A stretch of 43,149 bases of DNA, from the NCBI GenBank assembly GCA_044229215.1, contig JBGATL010000014.1, positions 1 through 43,149 on the forward strand. The letters are read 5' to 3'. Source of the stretch: Flavobacteriales bacterium. GTDB taxonomy: Bacteria; Bacteroidota; Bacteroidia; Flavobacteriales_F; PHOS-HE28. Within the stretch, counting starts at the first letter, position 1, and every line of letters starts with the position of its first letter. The notes under the pieces are model-generated. The model had not been told where the DNA came from, did not search any database, and saw nothing but the letters and a program-made list of their open reading frames with translations. Both the position numbers and the translations under genes were made by a program. Positions 18,862-28,762 of the stretch are shown here, in pieces.

Positions 18862-20004
18862 TCAATAGGCGTTCTCCTCCTTCCCCAGCATGTTGGTCAC
18901 GGTCTTCACCACGATCCGCACATCCAGCCAGAAGGACCAGTTCTCCAGGTACCAGACATCGAGCTCCACCCGGCGCTCCATGAGTTCCGGGGTACGGGTC
19001 TCCCCGCGGAACCCGTTCACCTGGGCCCAGCCGGTGATGCCCGGTCGCACGAAGTGCCTCACCATGTACTTGTCGATGATGTCGCGGTACTGATCGTTCA
19101 GGCGCAAGGGGTGCGGCCGAGGGCCCACCACGCTCATCTGTCCCAGGAACACGTTGAAGAACTGGGGCATCTCGTCCAGGTTGCTCTTCCGAAGGAATGC
19201 ACCCACCCTGGTGACCCGCGGGTCATTCTTGGTGGCCTGCTTGCTGTCCGCCTCGGTGTTCATCCGCATGCTGCGGAACTTCCAGCATACGAACTCCTCG
19301 TTGTCCTTGCCCAGGCGCACCTGTTTGAAGAAGACCGGCCCCTTGCTCGATAGCTTCACCATCAGGGCCAGTAGTGGGAAGAGCCAGGAGAATACGAAGA
19401 CGATGATGCAGAACGAGAAGATGATGTCGAAGGTGCGCTTGAGGCCCCGTGCGTACATGCTGTCCAGCGGCTCGCGACGGATCTTGCTCACCGGCACTTC
19501 GCCATGGAACTCCAGTTCGGAGGTCTTCACCACCGGGATGAAGCTCTCGGCGCTCGGGATCACCCGGAAACGGATGGTGTTGCGCTCACAGAACTCCATG
19601 AGCTCGGTGATGTCGGCCCGGCGTGTACCAGGTAGTGCGCAGTACAGGATGTCGATCCGGTTCTGGATCGCATAAGCCCGCACCGCTTGCACATCGCCCA
19701 CACGCCGTTCGCCCAATACCCCATCGATCGCCTCGTCGTTGAAGATCCCCCGGAACCGGTAGCCACGCACGGTCTGGTCCTCGCAATACCGGAAGATCTC
19801 CTCGGCGGCCGGTCCATCGCCCACGATCACCAGGTCCTTCACCGTGGTGAGCGGCTCCAGGGTAAGCACCTTGTTCAATCCCGTTTGCACGTTGTGTATG
19901 GAACTGCGCCCATTGCGGAGCAGGCTGGAAAGTTCGGTACTGAGCTCCGCTCCCGCCGCTGCACGGCCACTCGATCGACGTGTCGGTCCTACTGGCTTAT
20001 CCAT
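18862..20004 (-). CDS. Undecaprenyl-phosphate sugar phosphotransferase (WcaJ-like, lacking the N-terminal TM bundle)
   Basis: CoA-binding-like domain followed by LKRTFDI, WKFRSM, DPRVTRVG.FLRK..LDEMPQ, MSVVGPRP and RPGITGWAQV. Confidence 0.92.
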   Translation of the reverse strand: MDKPVGPTRRSSGRAAAGAELSTELSSLLRNGRSSIHNVQTGLNKVLTLEPLTTVKDLVIVGDGPAAEEIFRYCEDQTVRGYRFRGIFNDEAIDGVLGERRVGDVQAVRAYAIQNRIDILYCALPGTRRADITELMEFCERNTIRFRVIPSAESFIPVVKTSELEFHGEVPVSKIRREPLDSMYARGLKRTFDIIFSFCIIVFVFSWLFPLLALMVKLSSKGPVFFKQVRLGKDNEEFVCWKFRSMRMNTEADSKQATKNDPRVTRVGAFLRKSNLDEMPQFFNVFLGQMSVVGPRPHPLRLNDQYRDIIDKYMVRHFVRPGITGWAQVNGFRGETRTPELMERRVELDVWYLENWSFWLDVRIVVKTVTNMLGKEENAY

Positions 20005-20157
20005 GGTGTACAAGATCCAAGAACCGTTCGATCATCCGGTGAGTGTGCCAAATGTAATCAGCTCGTCGAACGATCGTCAAGTTGGTCGAAAATTTTATTC
20101 AATTCGTCGAAGCGTCCGATCGACCAGGGGTGCATTGCAAGGTACGTGCCATGGCCG

Positions 20158-21003
20158 CTATCCGCCCTTTCCTGAAAGGCTTGCGGGTCCACCACCCAAA
20201 AGCCAACGCACCCATGTCCCGAAGAATAGGACGAGGAACTGGCTATTGGTCACCAGGTAGCGCCGCCAAAGCCGCCTTGGCTCCAGCCAGAGGCGGTACA
20301 TCCATTCCAGGGAAAGATCGCGCATCCACTTGGGTGCCCGGGTGTCCACACCGGCGTATAGCAGGAAGGCCCCACCGACCCCCAGCATCACCGCATGCAC
20401 CTGTCCCTTCATGGCCGCCATCCACCGTTCCTGTTTGGGGCAGCCCAGGGAGACCATGACGATCCCGGCCCCGCTGGTATTGATCCGTGCCGCGTCCGTC
20501 ATCAGGTCCATCTGTTCCAACGGCGCGAACGGAGGGGACCAGTGGCCTACGATCCGCAGGGTCGGTAGCTCCCGTGCGGCCCGGTCCACGATGCGCTGCT
20601 GCACCGCCTCGGATCCCCCGAAGAGGTACACCCCGATGCCTCGGCGGGCGGCCTCCTCGAAAAGGGCAGGCATGAGATCGTTCCCCGCCACACGTTCCTG
20701 CCGCACCCGGTGGAACAATTGCAGGGCACGCAATACGGGCATGCCATCGGCGGTCGCGAAGTCGGCCGCGTTCACCACCTGGGCGAAGCCGGGTTCGCGG
20801 GCCTCCACCGTCATGTGGGCGTTCACGCAGCACACATAGCTCGATCGCCGCGCGGCACCGTGATCGGCAATGGCCCGTACGGTATCCTTGAAGCCACCCA
20901 CGCTGATGTCGGCCGTGAGCACCCGCCGTTTGGGAAGCGCTCGAAGGGGTATCTCTGGTGTGGCCGACACGCCGATCGGTGTTCTGGTGAGTGTGGTATG
21001 CAT
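20158..21003 (-). CDS. WecG/TagA/CpsF-family glycosyltransferase (GT26)
   Basis: ADGMP, ERVAGNDL, VSLGCPKQERW, RAPKWM...LEWMYRL..EPRRLWRRY. Confidence 0.92.
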   Translation of the reverse strand: MHTTLTRTPIGVSATPEIPLRALPKRRVLTADISVGGFKDTVRAIADHGAARRSSYVCCVNAHMTVEAREPGFAQVVNAADFATADGMPVLRALQLFHRVRQERVAGNDLMPALFEEAARRGIGVYLFGGSEAVQQRIVDRAARELPTLRIVGHWSPPFAPLEQMDLMTDAARINTSGAGIVMVSLGCPKQERWMAAMKGQVHAVMLGVGGAFLLYAGVDTRAPKWMRDLSLEWMYRLWLEPRRLWRRYLVTNSQFLVLFFGTWVRWLLGGGPASLSGKGG

Positions 21004-21013
21004 GCCATGCCCA

Positions 21014-22129
21014 TCACGGGAACAGGCCAATGAATTCCTGCTCCATGTGGTGGTGAAAGGCGTTCAACGTGAATTCGCGTTCAAAGATGCGCCGACCCTC
21101 CTGCCCCATCCGATGTCGAAGTTCCGGATCACGCAGAGCCAACAACCGGGAAGCCACCGCTTCGGGCTGCTGAACGGGCACTAAGAACCCGCTGTGCTGA
21201 TCGGTCACCACCGATGGAATGCCCCGCCACACGGTGCTCACCGCCGGCTTGGCGAACTGCATGGCCTCCAGGAGCACCAGACCAAAGGTCTCCGCCTCGT
21301 AGAAGGAGGGAAAACAGAAGATGTCGCACGCTGCGAACCGGGCGAATTTATCCCTTCCGCTGAGCACCCCGAGAAAGGATACGCGCTCCCCCAGGCCGTG
21401 TTGCGCCACGTAGGCCTCGCATCGCTCCCGGAATGCCTCATCGCTCCACTTGCCCATGAGCTCGACACGGGCATCCAGGCCCTGCGCCAAGGCCGAACGG
21501 AACGCTTCGAGCACCACCATAACCCCCTTGGTCTCGGTCATCACCCCGGTGAACAGGATCGTAAGCGGCTCTCCAGCGGCTGCGGTGCGCTCCGGTACGG
21601 TGCCGCGCATATCCTCCACCCCGTTCGGCACCACCACATTCCTGCGGGCACCGAAAGCCGCCCCGTCATCCGGATTCTGAGGGGCTGTGCGGATGGCCAG
21701 GTCCGGCACGGCATAGGCCAACCGGAAGAGGGGGCGAAGGAATGCCGGTAGCTGAATGCCGAAACCGGATACACCACCCGCGTGGAAATGGAGGACGAGC
21801 TTGCTGAACAGCCAGCGCGTGGCCAGCAGAAAGGCGAGGTCGCGCAGAACGGGCACCTTGCTGGGACCGCTGGGCGGGTAATAGAGCACGGTGGTGCCGT
21901 GGCGCAAACGCGCCCACCATACCCGACCGATGGTGGCAAAGAGGATCAGGACCTTGCGGAAGGCGAACTTCCCCACGCTCCCGATGTCGTCCGAATAGGC
22001 CAGCCGCACGTGGAAGAGGCGAACGCGGTCGCTTTTCAACTCCAATAACCGGGCGATCATGATGGCCTGCCCGTGGTGCGGAGGAGGGGTCTGTCCAACG
22101 ACGAGGACACGGATCACAGGGGCAGGCAC
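21014..22129 (-). CDS. Glycosyltransferase family 4
   Basis: KG..., DIFCFPS...ETFGLVLLEAM (EX7E motif); TACATTTG box at 22134-22141. Confidence 0.92.
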   Translation of the reverse strand: MPAPVIRVLVVGQTPPPHHGQAIMIARLLELKSDRVRLFHVRLAYSDDIGSVGKFAFRKVLILFATIGRVWWARLRHGTTVLYYPPSGPSKVPVLRDLAFLLATRWLFSKLVLHFHAGGVSGFGIQLPAFLRPLFRLAYAVPDLAIRTAPQNPDDGAAFGARRNVVVPNGVEDMRGTVPERTAAAGEPLTILFTGVMTETKGVMVVLEAFRSALAQGLDARVELMGKWSDEAFRERCEAYVAQHGLGERVSFLGVLSGRDKFARFAACDIFCFPSFYEAETFGLVLLEAMQFAKPAVSTVWRGIPSVVTDQHSGFLVPVQQPEAVASRLLALRDPELRHRMGQEGRRIFEREFTLNAFHHHMEQEFIGLFP

Positions 22130-22307
22130 GGCCCAAATGTACCGGGCCGCTCAGTGCCTGTCCGGCCCGCATCCGGTGCCTTTCAACAGCGTTGGGTGGA
22201 TCCATCCGCCGTGGACACTTGAGGATCCGTCGATGCTGGTCCGCCTTCCGTCGGATCATCGCAACCGCCTCCGACACAAGCGGGTTGAACAGCACGAGAA
22301 CCGCACC

Positions 22308-25037
22308 ATGCACGCACACCGCTACGCCCTCTTGTCCGCCTTACTTAGCCTGGTAGGCTCGGTCGGTGCCACCACCTATTACCTCTCGCCCACAGGCAAC
22401 GATGCGAGCAACGGGACCAGCGCGGCCACGGCCTGGCGCACCATCGGCCGGTTGCAGCAGGTGGCCGCAGCACTTCAACCCGGGGATCAGGTGCTCTTCG
22501 AGCGTGGCGGGACCTATCCGGGCCAGTTCACGATCAACAGCAATGGCTCGGCCGCCCAACCCATCATCATCGGCAACTACGGTAACGGTGCCCTGCCGGT
22601 GGTGAGCGGCTCGTTGAGCGTGAGCGGGTGGACCGTTCACCAAGGCAATATCTGGAAGGCCAACGTGGCCGGCGCCGTGAAGTATGTGCATGTGGGATCG
22701 GACCTCATGACCCTGGCCCGTTATCCCAATACCGGCTGGCTCCGGGTGAACACGGCTTCGACCACACAGCTCGCCAGCAGTGGGATCACCCAGCCCACGG
22801 GCCATTGGAATGGGGCCGAACTGGTGCTGCGCAGTACCAACTGGTGCTACGAGAACGCCATCATTTCCAACCACACCAACAACAGCCTGCAATTCCCGGC
22901 CATCGTGTACAACCCCGGCAACCATGGCTGGGGCTTCTTCCTGCAGAACAAATTGAGCGAACTCGACAGTCCGGGTGAGTGGTACCACGATGCCACCAAC
23001 GGTGTGCTTTACTTCCGCGCACCGGCCGATGCCGACCCGAACACGCTCAGCGTGCGTGCTTCGATCCATGACAGCGGCGTGGAGGTGGGCTGGCTGAAGG
23101 AGCACATCACCATTCAGGGCATCGAGTTCCGCCACCAGAAGTACGCCGGGGTCTACAACACCGGGGCTCATGTGAATGTGACCGGATGCACTTTCCAGCG
23201 GTCCCACTTCGGGATCCGTAGCTACGCGAACCACAGTAACTACACCGGCAACCTGGTGCATCACACCTATGCGTCGGGGCTGGGTGTGCTGGACAACAAC
23301 ACCACGGTGATCGGCAATACCGTGGAGGACATCGCTCTGGTGCCCGGACTGGGTGAGACGTTCTGGGGATACTATGGCATGTATGTATCCGGGGCAACGA
23401 ACGTGGTGCGCGGCAACACGATCTCGCGCACCGGGAACTCGGCGATCTTCCTTGGTGGCAGCCCCCTGGTGGAGAGGAATGTGATCTCGCACGTGTTGAT
23501 GACCGTGAACGATGGCGGTGGGATCTACTGGGACAGCGCGAACGGTGCGACGATCCAGGACAATATCATCTCCCACGTGGGCGGCAACATCGAGAGCGTG
23601 GCCATGGACTACGCCATCAACGAACCGCTCGGCATGGGCATCTATTTCGGCAACTCGGTGATCCAGAACGTGATCGTGCGACGCAACACCGTACACGATT
23701 GCAGCACGGCCGGCATCCATGTGGACCACACGATGGTCTCCAACAACCTGGAGATACGCGACAACGTGCTGTATGGGAACGATATCCAATTGAGCATCAC
23801 CGACCAGTCGAACGTGAACGGCCCCGGTGCAACCCCGCCCTACCACGTCGCGAACTTCAACGATGTGTACACCGGCAATACCCTATACTGCCTGACCAAG
23901 GAACAGCGGTGCGTGCAGCAGTACCACGTGCATGGCACCTCACTGACCGATTTCGGTACTTTCACCAATAACCGCTACTTCAATCCGTATGAGGAATTGA
24001 GCATCAAGGTGATCAACGCACAGGGCGGATACGTGAAGCACTATACCCTGGAGCGCTGGCGTACCGAACGCAATGAGGAGAACGGCAGCACGCGCAGCCC
24101 ACGGATCGAGAACGCACAGGAGGTCCTTACCCGCACACCGGCGAACCTGATCACCAACGGCGCATTCGATTACAACACCACCGGCTGGAGCGGCTGGCCC
24201 ACCCAAGGGCAGATCCAACATCAGGCGGGTCTTCTGGACAATGGCGCGTTGAAGGTGACATACGGTGCCAATGCCGGTTCACCCGAGTTCTACCTCCGAA
24301 GCGAAAACATGGTCTCCGTGGCAACGGGCAGTTGGTACGAATTGAAATTCACCATCCAGAGCAGCGCACACGGCACCGTGCGGGCCGACTTCAAGGGTCA
24401 ATCCCAGGCGGCTACGCCGAATTCGATCCATGCCCGCTACATCCCTTTCGATACCCAGCGACGCGATGTGACCTTGCTGTTCCAAAGCGACCGGGCCGAG
24501 CCGGGCATGATGATCTTCGCCAACCACTTCAGCGAACCCAGCTACCTATTGGACAATGTGGAGATCCACCAGGTGACCGTACAGACGGTGGACCCCCGCA
24601 CCCGCCACGTGCTCTTCACCAACCCCACCGAAGCCGCGGTGGAAGTGCCCCTGACCGGTTGCTGGCGCGATGTGCTCGGAGCCGTGCATTCCGGATCGGT
24701 CACCCTACAAGCCTTCAGCTCCATCGTGCTTGCCAAGGAGGATAATGCGCTCTGTGGCATGACCACCTCCATCGCCGACGAGGAGGCCGACAGCGATACC
24801 GAGGTGCGCCTTTACCCCAATCCGCTCCTGTCAGGGGCTCCCTTGTACCTCACCTCGCCACTGGACACCGATGCGCAGGTGGAAGTACACGACCCGGCCG
24901 GGCGGCTGGTACAACGTACACGGATCCCGCGGGGCCGTATCGAGGTGCCCCTGCCCCCAGGACTGGGCAGCGGAGCCTATGTGGTGGGGGTGACGGTCGG
25001 CCCGATCAGGTCAACACATCGGATCCTCATCCAGTAG
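22308..25037 (+). CDS. Secreted right-handed beta-helix protein with a CBM-like domain and T9SS C-terminal sorting domain
   Basis: Signal peptide, then TTYYLSPTGNDASNG...PGDQVLFERG, Asn-rich PbH1 repeats (DGGGIY), NLITNGAFD CBM4/9-like start, and a LYPNP...D..GR....GAYVV tail. Confidence 0.85.
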   Translation: MHAHRYALLSALLSLVGSVGATTYYLSPTGNDASNGTSAATAWRTIGRLQQVAAALQPGDQVLFERGGTYPGQFTINSNGSAAQPIIIGNYGNGALPVVSGSLSVSGWTVHQGNIWKANVAGAVKYVHVGSDLMTLARYPNTGWLRVNTASTTQLASSGITQPTGHWNGAELVLRSTNWCYENAIISNHTNNSLQFPAIVYNPGNHGWGFFLQNKLSELDSPGEWYHDATNGVLYFRAPADADPNTLSVRASIHDSGVEVGWLKEHITIQGIEFRHQKYAGVYNTGAHVNVTGCTFQRSHFGIRSYANHSNYTGNLVHHTYASGLGVLDNNTTVIGNTVEDIALVPGLGETFWGYYGMYVSGATNVVRGNTISRTGNSAIFLGGSPLVERNVISHVLMTVNDGGGIYWDSANGATIQDNIISHVGGNIESVAMDYAINEPLGMGIYFGNSVIQNVIVRRNTVHDCSTAGIHVDHTMVSNNLEIRDNVLYGNDIQLSITDQSNVNGPGATPPYHVANFNDVYTGNTLYCLTKEQRCVQQYHVHGTSLTDFGTFTNNRYFNPYEELSIKVINAQGGYVKHYTLERWRTERNEENGSTRSPRIENAQEVLTRTPANLITNGAFDYNTTGWSGWPTQGQIQHQAGLLDNGALKVTYGANAGSPEFYLRSENMVSVATGSWYELKFTIQSSAHGTVRADFKGQSQAATPNSIHARYIPFDTQRRDVTLLFQSDRAEPGMMIFANHFSEPSYLLDNVEIHQVTVQTVDPRTRHVLFTNPTEAAVEVPLTGCWRDVLGAVHSGSVTLQAFSSIVLAKEDNALCGMTTSIADEEADSDTEVRLYPNPLLSGAPLYLTSPLDTDAQVEVHDPAGRLVQRTRIPRGRIEVPLPPGLGSGAYVVGVTVGPIRSTHRILIQ

Positions 25038-26349
25038 CGGGTGCTGGTGTCGCCAGCAGGTCGCCATCCAAGGTACGCGGCTTGCGCGTGATCCGCTTCG
25101 GATCGATCACCACCGCAGCGAAAAGGCAAAGCAACAGGGCATTCCCGAAATCGTTCCCGTAGCAGATGATGTCGATCTGCAGGATGAAGAGCATGTACAC
25201 CATCAGGGCGAACAAGGGAGACTCCAGGGCCCCTTCCTGATACCGCTTCCGGAAGTAGGCGAAGGTGAACCACACGACGATCAGCAAAAGCGCATACCCC
25301 ACGATGCCTTGATTGATCAGGGTCTGCATGAAGGTGCTGTGCATGTGTACGTTCTGCACATCCTTCACGTGGAAGACATCGGCGATGTGGCCCCAGCCCT
25401 TCAGGTGGATCTGCCCTTGGTAACCGTGCCCGAACCAGAGGCCATGCCGGTCCTTCTCCAGCCAGTTCCAACCCACATCCCATACCGTTGTCCGGTTGTT
25501 GAAGGTGGTGACATCCTCTTTGTTCACGCGCGAAACGATGGCCCGCATGAAGGGCAACGTGAGGATCGTGTACACCAACAATGCGAAGTTGGTCAACAAG
25601 GGCATGGTGAAGAGCGAGAGCACGTACATGATGCGCGCCCTGCCGATCATGCGGAACAGGAAGAGGCCGGTGAGGATCACGAAGGTCATGAAGGAGAGGC
25701 GGCTGTTCACCTTGAGCATGAGCACCACGTTCAGCAGGTAGAACAACACCAGCCCGATGAAGGGCAACGGACGACGCACGAAGTCCTTCATGTAGAACAG
25801 CAGCATCAGGTTGATCATCGCCAACAGGTGCGCGGCATCGTAGATCCCCAGGACGAAGGGGAGGTTCAACCGGCCCTCGATGTGGTGCAGTACGTTGCGC
25901 ATGCCGACCGCCACGCCCAACAGGTTGATGAGCAGGAAGGACACCAGACCAAGGAGCACCATCCGTGCGAAGTCGAAATCGTCCTGATCCCGGTTGCGTA
26001 TGTGGACGATGATGGCCGCATGGTACGGGGCCAGGAACATGATCGTATAGGCCACCGTATTGGCCATGGTGGCGCCGGGGAAGTGCTCGGCCAGCGCCTT
26101 CCACATCGAAGCGATGAGGGAGATCAGGAACAGCAGCCCCCACCAATACCGCCGGGTGACCATGTTGCGCACCTGCCGCTGCGCGATGAGGTCGAGCACA
26201 TGGATGGCGATGATGCCCAGGAAGCCTCCAACGGCCACCACCGTTCCCTGTGAGATGCTCGTCCTATAACCCACGTACATACCGATCCCGTAGATCGGGA
26301 ACGAGAGCAGGAAGAGCGAATTGATCAGCTTGCGCTTGGAAAGCAGCAC
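25027..26349 (-). CDS. O-antigen ligase/Wzy polymerase-family membrane protein
   Basis: Many TM helices, SR motif, NRTTVW, WFGHG, HMHST...GIVG. The start may extend to 26379. Confidence 0.8.
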   Translation of the reverse strand: MLLSKRKLINSLFLLSFPIYGIGMYVGYRTSISQGTVVAVGGFLGIIAIHVLDLIAQRQVRNMVTRRYWWGLLFLISLIASMWKALAEHFPGATMANTVAYTIMFLAPYHAAIIVHIRNRDQDDFDFARMVLLGLVSFLLINLLGVAVGMRNVLHHIEGRLNLPFVLGIYDAAHLLAMINLMLLFYMKDFVRRPLPFIGLVLFYLLNVVLMLKVNSRLSFMTFVILTGLFLFRMIGRARIMYVLSLFTMPLLTNFALLVYTILTLPFMRAIVSRVNKEDVTTFNNRTTVWDVGWNWLEKDRHGLWFGHGYQGQIHLKGWGHIADVFHVKDVQNVHMHSTFMQTLINQGIVGYALLLIVVWFTFAYFRKRYQEGALESPLFALMVYMLFILQIDIICYGNDFGNALLLCLFAAVVIDPKRITRKPRTLDGDLLATPAPATG

Positions 26350-26418
26350 GGGGGGACCGGTTCTCTGGCTACTCCGCAAAGATGCGCTTTCGCCCGGCGA
26401 TCACCACCACTTGCCCGA

Positions 26419-27411
26419 TCAGCCACCCAAACGCCTCTGCAATCTGGAAAGGAAAGGCGTGATGGCATTGTCCACCTTCTTCGGGAGCATGCCCTTGATC
26501 GAGCTCTTCACACGCCTGAACAACGGCGGGCGGATGAACGCATTGAAATACGCCAGGTCCCGGACCTCGTCCACAACGATCGCTGTCGGGTGGACCAAAG
26601 GGAAGGGGGTTTCCCGCGCATTGTCCACATTCCGGGGATCGAGGCCCTGCAGGGTGTTGGTGCCGGTGCCCTCGAAGCCGATGTTCCGCACCAGGTTGTG
26701 CTCAGGGATCAAGGTGATCCCTTTATTCAGGATGCGTGCGAAATCGTGCTGGAAATCCCAGGTGTGTATCGTCCCGTTCCAAGTGGCCTCGAAGATCGCA
26801 CGGGCCTCCCGGCGCTCGGGTGCGCTCAAGAAGAACCGATCCCATTCCGGGGTGTCGCGCACGTTGGGCCAGGCGGTCATATCCCCATCGTACAATTTCC
26901 AGGACCGGCGCCAACCCGCCCAACCCCAGGGTGCCCCGTAACCATGCTGCGAGAAGTAATAGGATGCGGCGGGCTTCACCTCCGGATCGGACATGAGGTT
27001 GTTGCCCAGGATCCACCAGATGCGGCCTTCATCCCGGTAACGTTCGAGGAGTTCCTCGCAGAACCAGAAGAAGCTCAACACCGGCGCCGTGTCATCCTCC
27101 AGCACGATGCCCTCCGGCTCATGCTCGAAGAACCAGTCCAGGTTACCGATCATGGCCTTCTTCAGCCCTTGGTTCTTCTCCGCGAAACGGATATGCAGCT
27201 CACAGGGCCAATCGACCAGGTCCACCAGCGAACGCACCTTATCCGTACGTACACGCTCCTGCTCGTTCCGTGGGCCGTCGCACGCGAAGTAGAGCCTGGG
27301 GGGCTTGGCCACACGAATGGCCTCCATCACCTGCAAGGCGGTATCGTACCGGCTGAACGCCGTGAGCAGGACGGGTATCCGAAGCGGATGCGGAGGGGTG
27401 AAAGGCTTCAC
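26419..27411 (-). CDS. Nucleotide-diphospho-sugar transferase (GT-A)
   Basis: F.R.D, DGPR, WFFEHEPEGIVLEDD, WGWAGWRRSW, NLVRNIGF. Confidence 0.88.
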   Translation of the reverse strand: MKPFTPPHPLRIPVLLTAFSRYDTALQVMEAIRVAKPPRLYFACDGPRNEQERVRTDKVRSLVDLVDWPCELHIRFAEKNQGLKKAMIGNLDWFFEHEPEGIVLEDDTAPVLSFFWFCEELLERYRDEGRIWWILGNNLMSDPEVKPAASYYFSQHGYGAPWGWAGWRRSWKLYDGDMTAWPNVRDTPEWDRFFLSAPERREARAIFEATWNGTIHTWDFQHDFARILNKGITLIPEHNLVRNIGFEGTGTNTLQGLDPRNVDNARETPFPLVHPTAIVVDEVRDLAYFNAFIRPPLFRRVKSSIKGMLPKKVDNAITPFLSRLQRRLGG

Positions 27412-27427
27412 GGGAAAGGCTTCGGGC

Positions 27428-28762
27428 TTACTTCACGGACCGTAATTGCCAGAACGTGGTCATCCCACGCATCATGAGGCGGAAGTTGATACGGGTCTTC
27501 TCAGTGAAAAGATCCACGATGAAGATACTGACCAGGAAAGAGGCCACCGAAGCCCAGATCGCCCCACGGGAGCCGATCAACGGGATCAGCCAGGTATTCA
27601 GCCCGATATTGACCACCGCACCGATCACGGAGGTGACCAGGGAGAACTTGAAAAGGCCCTCGTTCGTGATGAAGCTGCCTTTCGCCACTCCCATGAACGC
27701 AAAGATGAGCCGGAACGCGAAAAGGGAGAGCAGCACCCCGGCCTCGTGGAACTCCTGACCATAGAGCAGCACGATGACCCATTCGGAAAGGAAATACATC
27801 GGGATCGCCGTGACCAGGAAGAGACAGAACATGAGCCTGTACTGGTTGGTGAGCCGTTCATGGTACAACTCCAGGTTGATGATCCTTGCTTTGGCGATGG
27901 CCGGGGCCACCGCGGCCTGCACCACAAGCGGCAGGAAAGCGATCGCTTCCAGCATCTTCACCGCCACGGAGTACTGCCCCAACTCGATGTGCGCGAAGGT
28001 CTCGCCGAGTTCACGACTGAGGATGTCCTTGATCATCACCTGATCCACCTTCAACTGCGCCTGAAGCGCGAAGCCATAGACGAGCATGGGCCAGGATTGG
28101 TCCATGATGTACCGGACCATCCTCCAGGTGGGCTTCCAATCGCGGTAGTGCAACCCGCACCTGCGGTACATCCACAGGAACCCGATCGTATAGGAGATGG
28201 TCTCCGCGAAATAGCCCCATGCGAACCACAGCAATGGGGCCTCCATCCAAACCAGCAGGAGCTTGTAGCCCGATGCGAACACCGTGCTCGCGATGTTCAC
28301 CTTGGCGGCCACATTGCCACGCACCTCGGCCATGAAATAATTGTCGATCACCGTGCTCCATTTCAGCAACTCGGCCGAGGCCGTGATCATCACGAGCATG
28401 ATGGTGAACGAGTCCAAGCCTTTCAGGAAGACATAGAGAAGCAAGCCGATGTTCAGCAAGACCCCGCCGAACAACTTGATGGCGAAGGTGCTCCCCATCA
28501 GTTCATCCCTTCGCTCGGGATGCCGCACCAGGTCGCGGGAGACCACCTCGTTGGCCCCCAAGGAGGTGAACACCATCGCGATGCTCACGATGGCCAGGGC
28601 ATAGTTGAGCTGTCCGATCCGCTCCACGCCCAGGTAACGGCTCACGATCACCGTGGTCCCCAGCACCATGGCCATGCGGACCACACGATCCACGAATATC
28701 CACGAGAAGTTATGGAGGTATTTCCTGAACCCCTGGGACCCGACGATCGATGCGATGCTCAC
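27428..28762 (-). CDS. wzx: Wzx flippase
   Basis: Multi-TM MATE-like protein: SRYLG...G, GQYSVA, LLYGQEF, N.WLIP..G..GA. Confidence 0.9.
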   Translation of the reverse strand: MSIASIVGSQGFRKYLHNFSWIFVDRVVRMAMVLGTTVIVSRYLGVERIGQLNYALAIVSIAMVFTSLGANEVVSRDLVRHPERRDELMGSTFAIKLFGGVLLNIGLLLYVFLKGLDSFTIMLVMITASAELLKWSTVIDNYFMAEVRGNVAAKVNIASTVFASGYKLLLVWMEAPLLWFAWGYFAETISYTIGFLWMYRRCGLHYRDWKPTWRMVRYIMDQSWPMLVYGFALQAQLKVDQVMIKDILSRELGETFAHIELGQYSVAVKMLEAIAFLPLVVQAAVAPAIAKARIINLELYHERLTNQYRLMFCLFLVTAIPMYFLSEWVIVLLYGQEFHEAGVLLSLFAFRLIFAFMGVAKGSFITNEGLFKFSLVTSVIGAVVNIGLNTWLIPLIGSRGAIWASVASFLVSIFIVDLFTEKTRINFRLMMRGMTTFWQLRSVK

